Positions 22,298 through 35,377 of a stretch of 64,000 nucleotides of DNA are shown in pieces (the first letter of the stretch is position 1; every line of letters begins with the position of its first letter). Origin of the DNA: Epithemia pelagica (lineage: Eukaryota; Protista; Bacillariophyta); the NCBI GenBank assembly GCA_946965045.2, contig OX337236.1, positions 2,480,001 to 2,544,000 on the forward strand, read 5' to 3'. The translations under genes were made by a program, and so were the position numbers. The notes below the pieces were generated by a model, which saw nothing but the letters and a program-made list of their open reading frames with translations, ran no database searches and was not told the DNA's origin.

Positions 22298-25200
22298 ATG
22301 TCTAGACCGGAAAGATGCACCACGATTCACATCATGGAAAGAAAAGGAAGAAGAAGAGTTATATCGCTTGGAGCCACAAGAACAAACACAGAACCATGTC
22401 GTCGACTCTGTTCACGTGTCGCTCGACGAACCATTGGTCTGTCGTTGTTTTTATTGCTGTTACTCTGCACCGACACTGGTGCTGGTAAGGGTGTCAAGTT
22501 TTTGGCTCATGCCTTCTCTCCTTTTCCAACAACAACGATGAAACGGTTGCCTCGAACGCGTCATTGGATGGTATTGCGTCCACCTCCTCCTCCGTTCGCC
22601 TCGTCTCGCTCCGAACAAGAAGGCGGACGACGAAACAAGAATACTAGAAAGAAAAAGAGAAGGAACGAGGACCAGGCAACTTCAAATGATCAAGAGGAGA
22701 TCTCTGCAGCTCTTGATCCAGAGAATCTAACTTCTCTCCCCGGCGAAGAACAGCTCCAATTGTCTTCTCCCATTCGTGGTGACACTGGAGACAGCGAAAG
22801 AAGGAGGAGAGACGGGGATAACAAAAATGACAGGTCTGCTGATCAACCGTCGTCTGTGGATGGCACAACTATTCCTCCAGACACTGACAATGACGAACAC
22901 GATTTCATGATATGGAAGGTCAATGCTTCGGATGCCTTTGGTTCCATGTTGTTGCAAATGCAATCGACGTTTCAACCATCACAAGAACAAGAGAACAAGG
23001 GACAGTCTCCCATAGTGGGAGACCCTCAACAAATACTTTTGGACAAAAATGATCCTCGCGCCAGTGAATTCCTATTACAAGATGATGACCTGGAAAATGC
23101 CAAAGTGGTCGATGGGGATGAAGACTGGGTGACGACGGCCACCGCCAAAAATCCCCTGAATGATGAATTGCTGGAGAACGATCCACAAGCAACCATTGAT
23201 AGTGTTTCGGAAGACGACGGGGATGATCCCACTCTTGATAGCATGACAAAATCGGTTGTTACGGACTGCAAACATCGGTCCTTGACCACCATGACTGTAG
23301 AAATGGCCAAGGAGTTGGACGAAGCAGTGCTAGAAATTCCCCCCTTGCCCCAGACTGGTGCCGACAATACCAATGTCCTAGAAGAAGTTGATGTGCCTCC
23401 CATTTACCAAGATTCTGGCGACAAGGATTCTCTCGAACCAACGACTTCTACCCGAACGCCTCCTCCTTCTGTGACGGAAGATTATGTCGCCAATGACGAG
23501 TTGCGTCACGTAGCCTTGGGGGTAGCCAGTCGGACCGATTCTGTGGAAACCTGGTGCGAAACGGTAGCACCACAAATTGGGGGCATTTATCCATTGTTGG
23601 TGTCGATTCGCAAGGGTGCGGAGGCCCATCAACAAGAACTCGCCGCTGTGGCAGCAGTGGCAACAACGACGGGCACGGCTTCGTCGTCTATGACGACTGC
23701 TTTGGAGGAAGCCAGTCAGGCGTGTCGAGTTTTGCGTGATTTGTGTGGGTTGTCGTCTGATTTGGCCACTGTAGTCGTAGACTCGATAGTACGAGCCATT
23801 ACGACAGACCAAAGGTTAGCCAGCAAACGAGAGAATGAGGAAAGCAACCATCAACCGTTACACCAAGCCCTCTGGGATAGGCTTCACGGACCACGCCAGG
23901 AACCGGACTTGTTGCGGGATTTTGCAACCTTGTTGCAAAATGACGCCGATCCTGTTATACGGTTGCCCCAACCTCCATCCGGTGCGCATGTAGCAAATGA
24001 CGCCCAACGAAAATTATATGTATTGCAATTGCTATTGGCCATGTGTGTGGCAAGTGACTACGCCGTTCAAGCAATTCGTAACTATTCGGATTTAAAGAAT
24101 GAAATCATCGCATGTTCCTCTTATGCGTCCACAACTCCATATGCGAACAAGAAGAAGATTCGTCGGAATGGATACCAACTAAAAGCTGGACCCGTCCGTT
24201 GGGTGGAAGGACTGCAGCAACAATGGAGAAAACGCACTCGGAAACCAGAGGATGGAGAAGAGGCGGCCAAAGCTCTCACTGACGACAAGCCACAGTCTCC
24301 TCGTCACCAAACCTGGAAAAGTTCCGATTGGAAGAACTTAAATGGAGAAATACGCAAAACAGCGAATCAAGTTTTGGCGGCAATCGGGTAAGTGGGACTT
24401 TAGGGGTTGGCTGTTCTTGAACGTTGCTTTCTTGCTCACTCGATGGCCATCCTTTGATCATTTTCCTAGGTATAATAAGTGGGTTCCCAAACTTCCTGGA
24501 CAGCGTGGTTTGCGCATTCTATCTCTGGATGGAGGTGGATCTCGAGGAATGTCCGCGGTGACAGCTTTGCGTTGTCTCGTGGAACAGGTTGAAGGTAATC
24601 CAGAAGTTTGTGATGCCTTTGATTTTATTTGTGGAACATCCACAGGTGGTATTATCGCTTTCTTGACAGGCCTACGGCAAGAATCCAGTGCCAAGGCTAT
24701 GGAACGGTACAATGAATTGATTCAACAAATCTTTGTCAAGTCTGCCCTCAGTAAACCACTCATGCTGTTCACCACTGCCTCGTATGATGAATCGCACTTT
24801 ATGGGAATTTTATGCGATATTCTGAAGGATGACATTATGTTGGATAGTCGATCTGACCCCTCTGTTCCTTACGTCTTTGCGGTCTCCTCCAAAATGTCCT
24901 CGACTCCCACTCATGTGGCTCTCTTCCGAAATTACAATTATGCTTCGGGTGAATTGGCGGATCCCTTTGCGATAAGCCCAACTACGGCCCGTGAAGAGCT
25001 GAACCTACCTCTGGAAATGGAGCATCCGTCCATTCGGACGGGAGATTACGATACGACACTGATGGCTGCACCAGTCAACCCTCGAACCAACCCGAGAGGA
25101 GGGTCCCGACACCCGGGTTCGTTCCGTGTGTTGCAACGGTACGCCCTGCGAGCTTCGACGGCAGCCCCCACCTTTTTCAAACCTGTCATGATGGGCGGTG

Positions 25201-25733
25201 AAATGTACTGTGATGGAGGAATTGTGGCCAGCAACCCGACAGCTGTAGCCATTCATGAAGCCAAGACGTTATTTCCAGACGTTCCGATTGAAATGGTAGT
25301 AAGTATAGGAACGGGCACTTTTCATGAAATCAAAAGTGCTCCACGAGTTGGATGGGACGGAATTATTGGCCAGATAGTGAACAGTGCCACCGATGCTGAG
25401 CAAGTGCACCACATATTGCAAGACTTATTGGGAGAAAATGAAGAGGACGATGACGTGACGGGTGTCAGATCAGGAGCTGAGCGAAACTTTTGGGGCCGAC
25501 TACGTCGTCGGTTGACTCCACCCGCGTCACCGTGGTCGTCGTCCACTTCTTCATCGCTCAAGACACGATATTTTCGATTCAATCCACTGATTGGATGGCC
25601 GGACGAGTATCCCATTGATGTCACGGAACCCGACAAATTGGAGCGTTTGAAGCGAATCACAAGGAAATACATGAGTCAACCTGAACAGTTGGCCGATTTG
25701 AAAGAAATTTCCAATATTTTGGCAGGACAATAA
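22298..25733 (+). CDS. Patatin-like phospholipase (iPLA2-gamma type) with long N-terminal extension; one intron
   Basis: Intron 24388-24469 (GTAAGT...CCTAG) gives ...AIG|YNKW... in frame. Motifs ILSLDGGGSRG, GTSTG, DGGIVASNP and YFRFNP. Start codon uncertain (22298 or 22334). Confidence 0.9.
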
Positions 25734-26749
25734 GCACGCCCAAAGCAAATACGTGCGCCATCAACACAGGAATTGGCCTTTCCAGGAAACTCAGAGATCA
25801 TTCGAAAGCGCTTGCAGAACAGTTCACTGACCAAAAGATGTAAGCACGGCCGTGATTCCGTCTATCTTGAGGTTGGTAGCGATGTGATGTTCTAACAGTT
25901 TTCTTGTTCGTGAACTGAATCGCCACGGACTGTCCTTTGCACCAGAATGAATCCAGTTGTGGAAAAGGAGGAAGATACACAAATTGCACTCGAAGCAACT
26001 AACGGAAATGACAACTAGCGGACGAAGATGACGTGCAAACAATAACAACATACCGTCTTTGCCTTTCCGTACACCGGACGCAAAAAATTCACCCGGACGA
26101 ATAAAAAAGGCAATAAGAGACAACGGACACGCTTTATCACACTAGGACTCAGACGCGCTGACATGACAACACGAAGGAAAATGATAACTACAAAGGATAT
26201 GTACATAGTCAAGACTTGTTTGGCCCTTTCGGAGGTACCAGACCGGATTGCAAAGAGCAATGACAAGAACTGCCCATGAGGATTGTGCAATCAATCATAC
26301 GAAGGTGAACCAGGATTCAGAATATTCATACTAGTACCATCAATAGCAATGTAAGATATGTATACTCGTCTTGTTGTATCTCCAATCATGACGTCGTTAT
26401 CCGTGGTGAACGTTGTTTAGAGTCGAACCACGTACTCTCTGTTGGAAGACTTTTCCTGCGCATGGAAAAGAACGGAATTTTCAGAGTTCAGCCTCCACTG
26501 GAAAAATAATGGCAGAAACCAGAACATGCTGTATGCCCATTGCATTCCAACCTTCTGGGTCCAGTCTCTTCTATAGTGTTGATGTTACATTTCGTGGTCG
26601 GATTTCCCCCGACAAGCCGATTGGGGAGACTGTTCGAAACAAGCGTGACAAAAATGCTTCCGGATTGATCTTTGTAAGAGCGATACAATAGCGACCACCA
26701 TATCTTAAAAGAAAAATGCGCGGTATCTTTCTTTTTGGCTGGGAGGACC

Positions 26750-27880
26750 ATGATGAAGATACCTTTCTACCTCTTGTTGGTCGTGTTGCTGCCTTTGAGG
26801 TATCTTACGCCTCCCGTGCTTTCGTTTACTCCAGCACATTTCCATCCTCATGAAAGGCAAACAACGAAAACACAACAACAACAACAAGGACGACGAGGAG
26901 GTGGCTGGACTTGCACCGCACCAGCAAGATCGAAACTTGCTCCTTCTTTCGTTCCAAAATACCAAAGGCAACCGCTTCAGAGTATCGCCAGCCACGGGGA
27001 TCAGCCGTATGATGCCTTTGATCTCTTTACCAAGATGCGTCTGGGGGTCGGAGAAGGACCAGGATCGAGCAATGTCGTGTTTTGGGTAGGCCAAGGCAGT
27101 GTATACCAGGTTTACAGTGGCAAGATATTGGCACATTTTGAGGGATTTGATGTAGGTCGAGGGGTCCGAATGAAATTGCCACGGGATGACACTTCATCCA
27201 CATCTGATATTGTTGCGACACCTTCGTCCACTGAGGGGAAGGAGGTGGTGCGACAACTTTCTCGCAAAATCTTTTGGTTTCGTCATGCGGAAACCAACCA
27301 ACTCTTGACCGAATACAACGGCGATCCGGTGCGACCCATTCAGTACGATTGCCAAGTGTTTGACTATCAACGAGGTGGTAGTGACGGAGTAATTATTCCA
27401 AGTGTCGTAAATTCACAACGACAAGTCCCCGTCATGCCCATTACATCCTTATTTATTCAGCCAAAGAATGACACCACCAGTTCAGGAGAAGGAGCATCGT
27501 CTCCTACATGTATATTTCAAGCTCCTGTCTTTGTCGATTTGACCTTCACTAGAAACACCAGTGATGGAAGCAACGTAACATCATCCTACAAGGCATGGGA
27601 GTTTTATGATTACACCGTAGACTGTTCCTTTTCACCACAACGGCCCTTGACAGCGACGTGGTGTCGACAGGGGCCCACACCACCGTTTGGGGATCCAGTG
27701 GTGATGAAATTTGTCGGACATCGAGTGGACCGCTTCACAGACCTTCCCCCGCATATGCAAACACTGGTTCGAGAAACCTATCCACTCTATTCGGTCCCTC
27801 CGACAGACATGGCCGAAGTGGACCGGCTAACCAGCACTGTCCAACCAAACGCATCGCTGCCAACCGCCAAAAAGCCATGA
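26750..27880 (+). CDS. Probable plastid-targeted protein, DUF1838-like
   Basis: Hydrophobic signal peptide then VLS|FTP and a basic/hydroxylated transit-like region. Core VFWVGQGSVY...ILAHFEGFDVGR...LSRKIFWFRHAETNQLL resembles DUF1838 from memory. Confidence 0.55.
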   Translation: MMKIPFYLLLVVLLPLRYLTPPVLSFTPAHFHPHERQTTKTQQQQQGRRGGGWTCTAPARSKLAPSFVPKYQRQPLQSIASHGDQPYDAFDLFTKMRLGVGEGPGSSNVVFWVGQGSVYQVYSGKILAHFEGFDVGRGVRMKLPRDDTSSTSDIVATPSSTEGKEVVRQLSRKIFWFRHAETNQLLTEYNGDPVRPIQYDCQVFDYQRGGSDGVIIPSVVNSQRQVPVMPITSLFIQPKNDTTSSGEGASSPTCIFQAPVFVDLTFTRNTSDGSNVTSSYKAWEFYDYTVDCSFSPQRPLTATWCRQGPTPPFGDPVVMKFVGHRVDRFTDLPPHMQTLVRETYPLYSVPPTDMAEVDRLTSTVQPNASLPTAKKP

Positions 27881-28857
27881 CATAAATCAGGTGAGCAGCC
27901 AAGTTTCCAGAAATCTTTTCGAGAACTCAATGTACATAACAAGAGCAGCAGGGGCTGAAACCGTTTCAGCCTCAATGTCACAAAACCATTTGCAAATACG
28001 CATGGGGTGGTTTGTGACGGATTCTTACACACTCGCTACCAGAAACGGAATAGACATAGTTAAGTGTCATTATACGAAACACACAATGCTTTACCTCATT
28101 TCTTGAGGTTGCATGTTTTCTGTACTTTGTCCTAACGAACGAACGATTGCAAAGAAAAACAGATTGAATAGAGGGATAGGCACTCGTACATCACGGACAC
28201 AAACTCGTGTTGTTTTTCCATGTTGGTTGAATATTGACACGAAGTCTTGAATTTGCAGAATTCGCCAGGCTAGTTGGGTATCGAACCCACCAGGATGCAG
28301 ACACGCGTGTTCGTAGACACGATGGGTATGGCTTTCCAAGGACGTTGCACTGATCCTCCAGAAATTGGATTGCAAGATGCATTCTCTCCACCATAGCAAC
28401 CATTTGTTTGTCTCAGAAGCGCATAACATGGAGGTGGAGGTCTTTCAAGTAGTTTGAGATATCGACGCTTTGTGTTGCATTGTGTCTTAAAAAATGCGAT
28501 AAATGGGGGCTATTGTAAATATTGTACTGAATATATGACATTTTTTATTTAACACGCAGCTTTTTGCCATATCTTCAGACATATGCCCTTCGCGAATCAT
28601 CGCATCATACTGCTTCCGAATGCTCATTTCTTTTGTTAAGCCCTATCGCAGAGAACCGATCTGCGATTGGAATCAGTCGCTGTTATTATTAGCGAGCTCA
28701 CAAAACACGCCAAAACAGAATCGCCATTCGCCATTTGCGCGTTCTTGCGATGAGGGACAAGCAAGCAACCAATTATCAAGCAGACCAAGTGTAAACATCA
28801 AACCAATGCATTGAAAGACCATTTTGTCCATCTAGAAGAAAATATTGTGCCGTCAAG

Positions 28858-31800
28858 ATGGTGCTGTCTCCTCGAAAGATGCATCAACGTTCTCCCATGG
28901 CCGCCGCCAAGACGAAAACGAACGAAGCTGTTACCTGGAAAATAAAGAAGGTTTCGCGACTATCCTCAGGAGAGCTTTCCGGTGATTCCAAGGCTAAAGC
29001 TGCCGCCGATCAACTGGGACGTGACCTTGAAGCAATGGGATACAAGCTGGATTGCGAATCTTTCATCACCAAAGGTACCCAAAGCACGGACAATACATCC
29101 GTCGAGAGATATGCGACTCCCACCGATCAAGACGCCAAAACAAAGAAGAAGAAAGAAAAACAGCCACAGCAAAAGGCAAAGTCACCACCGCCAGAAGACA
29201 AATACGCCACCAAACTGTCACAGTCTGACGAAGATGACGACGACTCCAGTGATGCCAGCGACGATGAATCAACAGATGACTCTTCTGATGATTCCGACGA
29301 TTCCGATAGTTCGGACGACTCATCGTCTTCGTCAGACTCGGAGGATAATGAGAACGAAGATCCCTCTGGAATGAAAAAGAAGAAGCAAGAAGTCAAAAAG
29401 AAGGACGCTGTATACGAAAACGGAGCATTCTTTCCTGAGAAAGACACGGTGAAGATGAAGAAAAAGATCGCAGCTCAAGCCTTACAGGCCGCACCCACTG
29501 AAGTCTCCTCAGTCGCATCCAAACCATCCGTTGTTGAGATAAAGAAAGTTCCTATGAAGAAAGACAAAAAGAAATCGAGCAAAGGATCCAAGACTTCATA
29601 TTCCACTATTACACAAACTTCATCGACCAGACCTCCTCGGAGCAGGAACAATGCCACTGAAAGACAAGCTGCATCGGCATCATTGACAGATCAACCTAAG
29701 AAAGAATACCGTTCAGAGCGTGGTCAAAGTGAAATCACAGAACCAAAGACAAAACTGTTGGATGATCATGAACGCGACGAAGCTCAGTTCGCGAAGAATC
29801 GACAACTCTTATCTGCAACAGACAGGAACAGGAGCTTGCTTGATGAGACCACCAATGTCGATTCCCTTTGGAGTCGTGGAACAAGCTACAAAGAAACGAA
29901 CGACCTAGAAACTGCTGAGGATGTGCCGTCCCATGAAAGGCAAGGTCGAAGCATCACGCATTCTTCTTGGGAAGGCGAACAGCCAGATCCCAACTCCATA
30001 AGCAGGGAGTCTCGTTGGAGGTCAAATTTAGATGAGAGACAAACCGCTCAACAACAACAGGCGAGATCTAAATCTCCTGATAAACGAGGGGCAACACAGT
30101 CAAGTGATCCTGATAAACGAGGGGCAACACAGTCAAGTGAATCCGAAGCCACAGATCTCGATTATGGCATGACCAACCGCAGGGCAAAGAATAGTTCTGT
30201 CCAGAGCCCGAAGGATAAACGATCCATTTCGAAAAGTGCCAAGGAAAAGATTGATCCCTCTTCAAAACCACAGAGTTTATCAAATGGACCGACTGATACG
30301 GCTGTTACTGTGGCAACGGGCCCAGCCGCACCGCATGATCATCCCGAGAGCTCAAAAATGCGAATTGTGGGCACCAACATCATTCAAACGGACCCAAACA
30401 TGCAAAATGGAGAAGGCAACGGCCTACCTGGTCCCGTGGCGAATGCGTACGCGAGTTTGAGCACCGATGCATTGACACAGGAAGAAGCGGACCATGTTGT
30501 TATAGATGGAATGAGTGTCTTAGGTACGCCTCTGTCAGTCAAGGCCACAGATGCTCCTCAACCGAAGCGCAGGATGAGATTCTGGCTTCGAAAGCCCAAA
30601 CCGACACAACAGCAAGCACAGCCAACGGAACATGAACAACATAAACCATCCACACAAAAAACCAATTTTCCGGACAAGCACGGAGCCGGCCTCATGCTCG
30701 AAGAGTCAGTAATTGCGCGAAAGCGAAATATTTTTGGCAAACTGTTCCACAAGAAAGATGTTGAGGTGATCAAGCATGTGGTACCTCCTTCTCCGGTGCG
30801 TGTGATCGAGATTGAAAACGAGGATGGGTTTCAAGTGGAACTAATTGCCGATGACGGTTTGTCACCGGAAAGCTGGCTGGAGGAACAGACATTGATCGAT
30901 CTTTTGGGTCCAAATGCTCTTGAACATATATCAAACAATGATTTTACTGAAGAAGAGGAAATAATTAGAACAACCAACAACAGAATGATAACATCAATTG
31001 ACGACAACCAGCCTTCAAGCCCATTTCTTCAAGAAAAGTACGAGAAGGAGAGCCTCGCAAAGACACATGAACTTGTAGATTCAGCAACAAAAGAGGTTGT
31101 GGAGGATTTCGCCAGAGAGTTCGCCAAGAAGAATATGGAGATTAGTACGATACAACCATTCGAAGACACGAAACCATCATCTTCTAGCTCAGATCCAAAA
31201 ATGGCCATATCGCCGGTGCATCGACAAGGATCGACACAACTTGCCACGTCCTTCGGAGATCTTTTCGCGGTGCTCAGAGGAACTCACCAGGCGTCTCCCG
31301 CTCCCAGGAGTAACTTCAAAGAGTCTTCTGGTAATTCGAATACCAACTCTAAACAGCACAGAGGACCTGTTGAAATGCAAGCTCGGTCAAATAGCTCTTA
31401 TCAAGAGGACTGTTGCAAGAACCAAGCATGTAGTGGTTTCGATCGGTTTTGCCAATCAAAGGCTCTTCATTCAGATGATGGGAACTTTCGAGAACAACGC
31501 TCAACTGGAAGACGTCCAAGTGGTTCTCATAAAGCTTCGTACAACGGCAAAGGTTCCAACAAAAGCAATGACAAGCGGAGTAAGCCTAGGCAGGGCTCAA
31601 AACCAGAGGTTTCGAAGAAGAATACAGTAACGTCAGGGAGTGAGAAGAACTCGGGACAGGCGACAAATCCATCGGCCAATTCGCCTTCACGAAAGGCTCC
31701 AACACAGTCCCAGGTGCACAGCAAAAATAAGAAATCACTGATGAATCGATTTGCGAGCCCGACCGCAATGCTCTCTCCAGAGGAAGAGGAGTTCACCTTT

Positions 31801-32730
31801 GCGCTCTCAGGAGAGGAGGAGCAACAAGTCCGCTCATTCGATTGGCACAACGGCTATGGAAATGGGACACAGGCTCGAAGCAAGGTGGAGGCTGCAACAT
31901 CGAAGCCTCAAGCCCGATCTCCCACCTCGCCTAATCAAAACCGGCACATTCGCAGGGCGGCCAGTCCAGGACCACAAAGTCCACGTACAGAACATACTTC
32001 ACTAAAAGCAGTTTCAGACCCAAGTAGAAGAGGAATAATACCCAAGGAAATGGTCACGTCATATCCAAGTGATGATGAGGAGGATTTTGACCCCGCACCT
32101 AGCATGGACAAGCAGCAGTCTCTATTTTCAGCTATGGTGATTGAAGTTCCTCAGAAAAAGAAGAAACCAAGTAGAAGGGGAAGTCCAAAACGAAATGAGT
32201 CGAGCACACCAAGAGCAAGAGGAGGTAGAGGAACAACACACACACATCATAATTCTCGAGATCGAAACAGGAGGAATTCGACAGGTCCAGAGTACATCAG
32301 ACCGAAACATAGCAACAGAAATCCAGTCGTTGTAAATAAGACACGGTCGAGGAAACAGTCCCCGACGAGGCATCGAAAGGCACCACTGAGCAAAGAAGCT
32401 GTTCGACAGTTCGCAAAAGATTGGGCTCGGCTCGGTGACGCGACACACGTCCTCGAACAAGTCATGAGCAACATGGAAGAAAACCAGTCTACTGGTACAT
32501 TGGACGAAGCGGAAATGCTTCTTGCCGCTGGAGGAGATTCTCACCTAGGCGATGTCGAGAAGGCTCTTTCGACGTTGAAGAAGCATGCTAAGAAAATGGG
32601 AGTGAAGGAAACAGACTTACTCATTGCCACGGCTAAGAGCTATGATTCTGGTGCCTTCAGCGATATTTCGTTCACCATGGGGGAAGAATTCATGAACGTA
32701 CTTAGTTCATACTTGCGGTTCCAAAAATAA
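28858..32730 (+). CDS. Large low-complexity, probably disordered hypothetical protein (1290 aa)
   Basis: Uninterrupted 3.87-kb ORF rich in K/S/D/E/Q. No recognisable domain apart from a short ordered C-terminal segment. Confidence 0.75.
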   Translation: MVLSPRKMHQRSPMAAAKTKTNEAVTWKIKKVSRLSSGELSGDSKAKAAADQLGRDLEAMGYKLDCESFITKGTQSTDNTSVERYATPTDQDAKTKKKKEKQPQQKAKSPPPEDKYATKLSQSDEDDDDSSDASDDESTDDSSDDSDDSDSSDDSSSSSDSEDNENEDPSGMKKKKQEVKKKDAVYENGAFFPEKDTVKMKKKIAAQALQAAPTEVSSVASKPSVVEIKKVPMKKDKKKSSKGSKTSYSTITQTSSTRPPRSRNNATERQAASASLTDQPKKEYRSERGQSEITEPKTKLLDDHERDEAQFAKNRQLLSATDRNRSLLDETTNVDSLWSRGTSYKETNDLETAEDVPSHERQGRSITHSSWEGEQPDPNSISRESRWRSNLDERQTAQQQQARSKSPDKRGATQSSDPDKRGATQSSESEATDLDYGMTNRRAKNSSVQSPKDKRSISKSAKEKIDPSSKPQSLSNGPTDTAVTVATGPAAPHDHPESSKMRIVGTNIIQTDPNMQNGEGNGLPGPVANAYASLSTDALTQEEADHVVIDGMSVLGTPLSVKATDAPQPKRRMRFWLRKPKPTQQQAQPTEHEQHKPSTQKTNFPDKHGAGLMLEESVIARKRNIFGKLFHKKDVEVIKHVVPPSPVRVIEIENEDGFQVELIADDGLSPESWLEEQTLIDLLGPNALEHISNNDFTEEEEIIRTTNNRMITSIDDNQPSSPFLQEKYEKESLAKTHELVDSATKEVVEDFAREFAKKNMEISTIQPFEDTKPSSSSSDPKMAISPVHRQGSTQLATSFGDLFAVLRGTHQASPAPRSNFKESSGNSNTNSKQHRGPVEMQARSNSSYQEDCCKNQACSGFDRFCQSKALHSDDGNFREQRSTGRRPSGSHKASYNGKGSNKSNDKRSKPRQGSKPEVSKKNTVTSGSEKNSGQATNPSANSPSRKAPTQSQVHSKNKKSLMNRFASPTAMLSPEEEEFTFALSGEEEQQVRSFDWHNGYGNGTQARSKVEAATSKPQARSPTSPNQNRHIRRAASPGPQSPRTEHTSLKAVSDPSRRGIIPKEMVTSYPSDDEEDFDPAPSMDKQQSLFSAMVIEVPQKKKKPSRRGSPKRNESSTPRARGGRGTTHTHHNSRDRNRRNSTGPEYIRPKHSNRNPVVVNKTRSRKQSPTRHRKAPLSKEAVRQFAKDWARLGDATHVLEQVMSNMEENQSTGTLDEAEMLLAAGGDSHLGDVEKALSTLKKHAKKMGVKETDLLIATAKSYDSGAFSDISFTMGEEFMNVLSSYLRFQK
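30075..30140 (+). repeat. Perfect 33-bp tandem duplication within CDS (PDKRGATQSS x2)
   Basis: TCCTGATAAACGAGGGGCAACACAGTCAAGTGA at 30075 and 30108. Confidence 0.95.
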
Positions 32731-33198
32731 CTTGCTCACGTTGGCCAATGGAATAAGTTACAGAAAAGTTCCAGGAGGAATTATGTCCTTTGATAATGAT
32801 GATTGGTGTAATATTTATCACTTTTGAACTCGTTTTGCTTTTGGTGTATGGATAGATATCTATATGAATCTGAAGGAAGGCAAGCCCGAGAAGTGAGGGT
32901 GGGATGGGACGTACAACCGATGATATGATGAAGAAGAAAGACAACGATGGAGAAGAAGACCAAAGGATGATGACATTTGGCAATGAGTGCTCTCCGTCGG
33001 CTTCAGCGGTTTCCAGTCATGTCACCCTTCCCAACATAGATACTGCATGCAGCTCCGTTTACAGCCTACACCTCCTAACGATATGGCATCTTCCAGCTCA
33101 TTCACTTCATATGTCTATAATCATGAAAACAGTAACATAATAATAATCCACATTTGTCTTTGACGAGCATTGTGCATTGCAAGCTACCTCCCCTTCTA

Positions 33199-35377
33199 CT
33201 AATTTGTGGCATTGAGCTCATCGCTGCTGCCGCTTTCACTTTCGCCACTGCTGTTTCCACTATCTGATATACGAATGGCCGAACTCCCATTGTTCACCGC
33301 AGCAGCAGCAGCCGCCACTGCAGCAGCCTTTTCATTCTCCACTGGTCCGCTGGAAGAAAGAACCCCCGTGGCTAACGGTGCCGTGGAGGCCACCGACTTG
33401 GCGGTCGAATTGTTGGTGGAACTGAAATCACTCACCAACATGCCCGGACGAGTGGGTGGCATCATCCCCTCCGGATCTTCTTCGGCCGCCATTACGGCTT
33501 CCCGTGCCAGTTCCGGACCGCCTTCTCGCGAGGTAGTGGATCTGGATGAAATGGACGACGCCGTATCTTTCGGCCGTATGCAACATACACATTCCGGCCG
33601 TTCCCCCGCAAAATGAACCACCCCATTAAGAGTTACTGAAACGAAGCTTCCATCCTTGTCGGCCAAGCGCAAATCCCATAGGCCATCTCCCAGAGGAACC
33701 GTGTCTGTATGACTCTCTCGAGCGGCCAAGGAATCCATAAAGGCCGCCTTGAGAAGACGAACACTTTCCGGACACAATCTGTCCCAAAATGACTTGCCTT
33801 CTAGTTCATGGGACTTGTACCCTACAAATCGCGATATGGACTGGGAAACAAACCAAAGCTTTCCAGTCGAGTCAAATACCACTACCAAATCAGGAATGGA
33901 CTTCAGAATTTGTTCCTTCCTTCGCAAATCATCATTTTCGTCTTTCAGTTCTTCAATGAACTGTTTCTTACGCTTTCTACTAAGCTGGGCGGATCTTCTA
34001 TTGGCGGCCCTTTTCTGTTCTTTCTTGTCGTCGGCATGAGACGAGTCACATTCGCCATCATCGTCACTTTCTCGATGTCCACCTCCGCCACCGCCTCCAC
34101 TACTGTGTGTCGTAGAAGAGGATCCCTGAGGAGGTGGATTTGGAGCCAGAACGGTTCGAGGAAAGGCAGGAGGAGGTCCTCCTCCACTACCTGCTCGAGC
34201 CACCGCCAAGGGGGCTGGTGCCGCAATCGGTGACGATGGAGCCGCAGGTGGAGGCATAGCGGCTGCCGCTAGTGTCGCAGGTGCCGAAGTTGCGGCTGGT
34301 GCCGACGCGGTTTTGTTCGATCCGTACAGTAACTGCTGTGTTGCATGTTTGGGAACTTGCTGTTGCTGTGATGGAGTCAAGTGATGTTGTTGAGCAATTC
34401 GATGTTGTTGTGGCATGGATTTCGGGGCTGTCGCAGTCGTATTTGGGGTCGGATCTGAAAAAGGGGGGAAGAACAAAAGTGAGTGAGTCAGCCGAACCGA
34501 AGCAGCTGGTCGACGACAGAAGACACAAACAGTTTCTGAAATTTCAGAAGCATATGCATGACGTCACCTCCAAGCATATGACAAAATCGGAAGCCATATG
34601 ACGGTGACATGTTCAACAACTCGCGCCCCGGCGTCGATGCCCGGGAGACAGCTTCTCTCCAAGAAAACCCAAAGTATCATCGAGCAATAGCACGCGAAAC
34701 ACCGAGGCAGCCCCATAAAGGGTGAAACAACAAAGCATTGAAAACACTTGATAATAATAACACATACCTGGCTGTGGCGCAACGGGGACATGCATGGCGT
34801 GGTGATTCGCTGCGGTTGCTGGAACCGTTCCATTAGGATTCAGTGTAAGTAGACTAGCCAACGCGGCTGGTACATTTTGTGCCTGCTGCTGCTGTTGGCT
34901 TTGTAGGAGAAGCTGATAGTAGGCAATATTTTGAAGGACCATGGCAATAGAAGGATCGGTGGAAGTCCTTTGTAGTTGTTGTAGCATTGCCAAATCCGGT
35001 GCTCCAGCGGAACTCGGAGCCAGAGCGGATGCGGCAGCCACAGCAGCGTTGTTAAATTGCGCTTGCCCCAGAGCCATTGTTGGATGTGCGGCATGCTGCA
35101 ACGTGGGAGTTACGGATGTTGCTGTAGTGGTATGTGCAGATTGTGTTGCCTGTGGTGGTGTCGCCTGTTTCTGTTGCAAGGATGCTACAAGCTGTGCGGC
35201 TGCGGAAAGATTCGCGGTGGAGCCCTCCAATGGCCCGGTGCCAGAGCCCGCAGTATCACTTGGCGCCGCTGCTGTAGTCTTAGAGTCCCCATTTTCGCTC
35301 CGGCTGGTCGTTGTGGTTGTAGAAGCTGGTGCCGCCGATGCAAGAGCTGCCAAGGCTTCAAGTCCTTGATTGTTCAT
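33199..35377 (-). CDS. bZIP-PAS transcription factor (621 aa, two exons)
   Basis: Exons 35377-34768 and 34454-33199; intron GTATGT...TTTCAG gives QP|DPTP in frame. Basic region KRAANRRSAQLSRKRKK plus zipper, then PAS (SIPDLVVVFDSTGKLWFVSQS...ELEGKSFWD). Confidence 0.9.
34559..34566. promoter_or_regulatory. CRE/ATF-type palindrome TGACGTCA in the bZIP-PAS intron
   Basis: Exact 8-bp palindrome; function inferred only. Confidence 0.3.

Noticed and set aside
33199-35377. Calling the bZIP-PAS gene an aureochrome
   Set aside because: The LOV signature GxNCRFLQG is absent; the PAS domain is not LOV-type.
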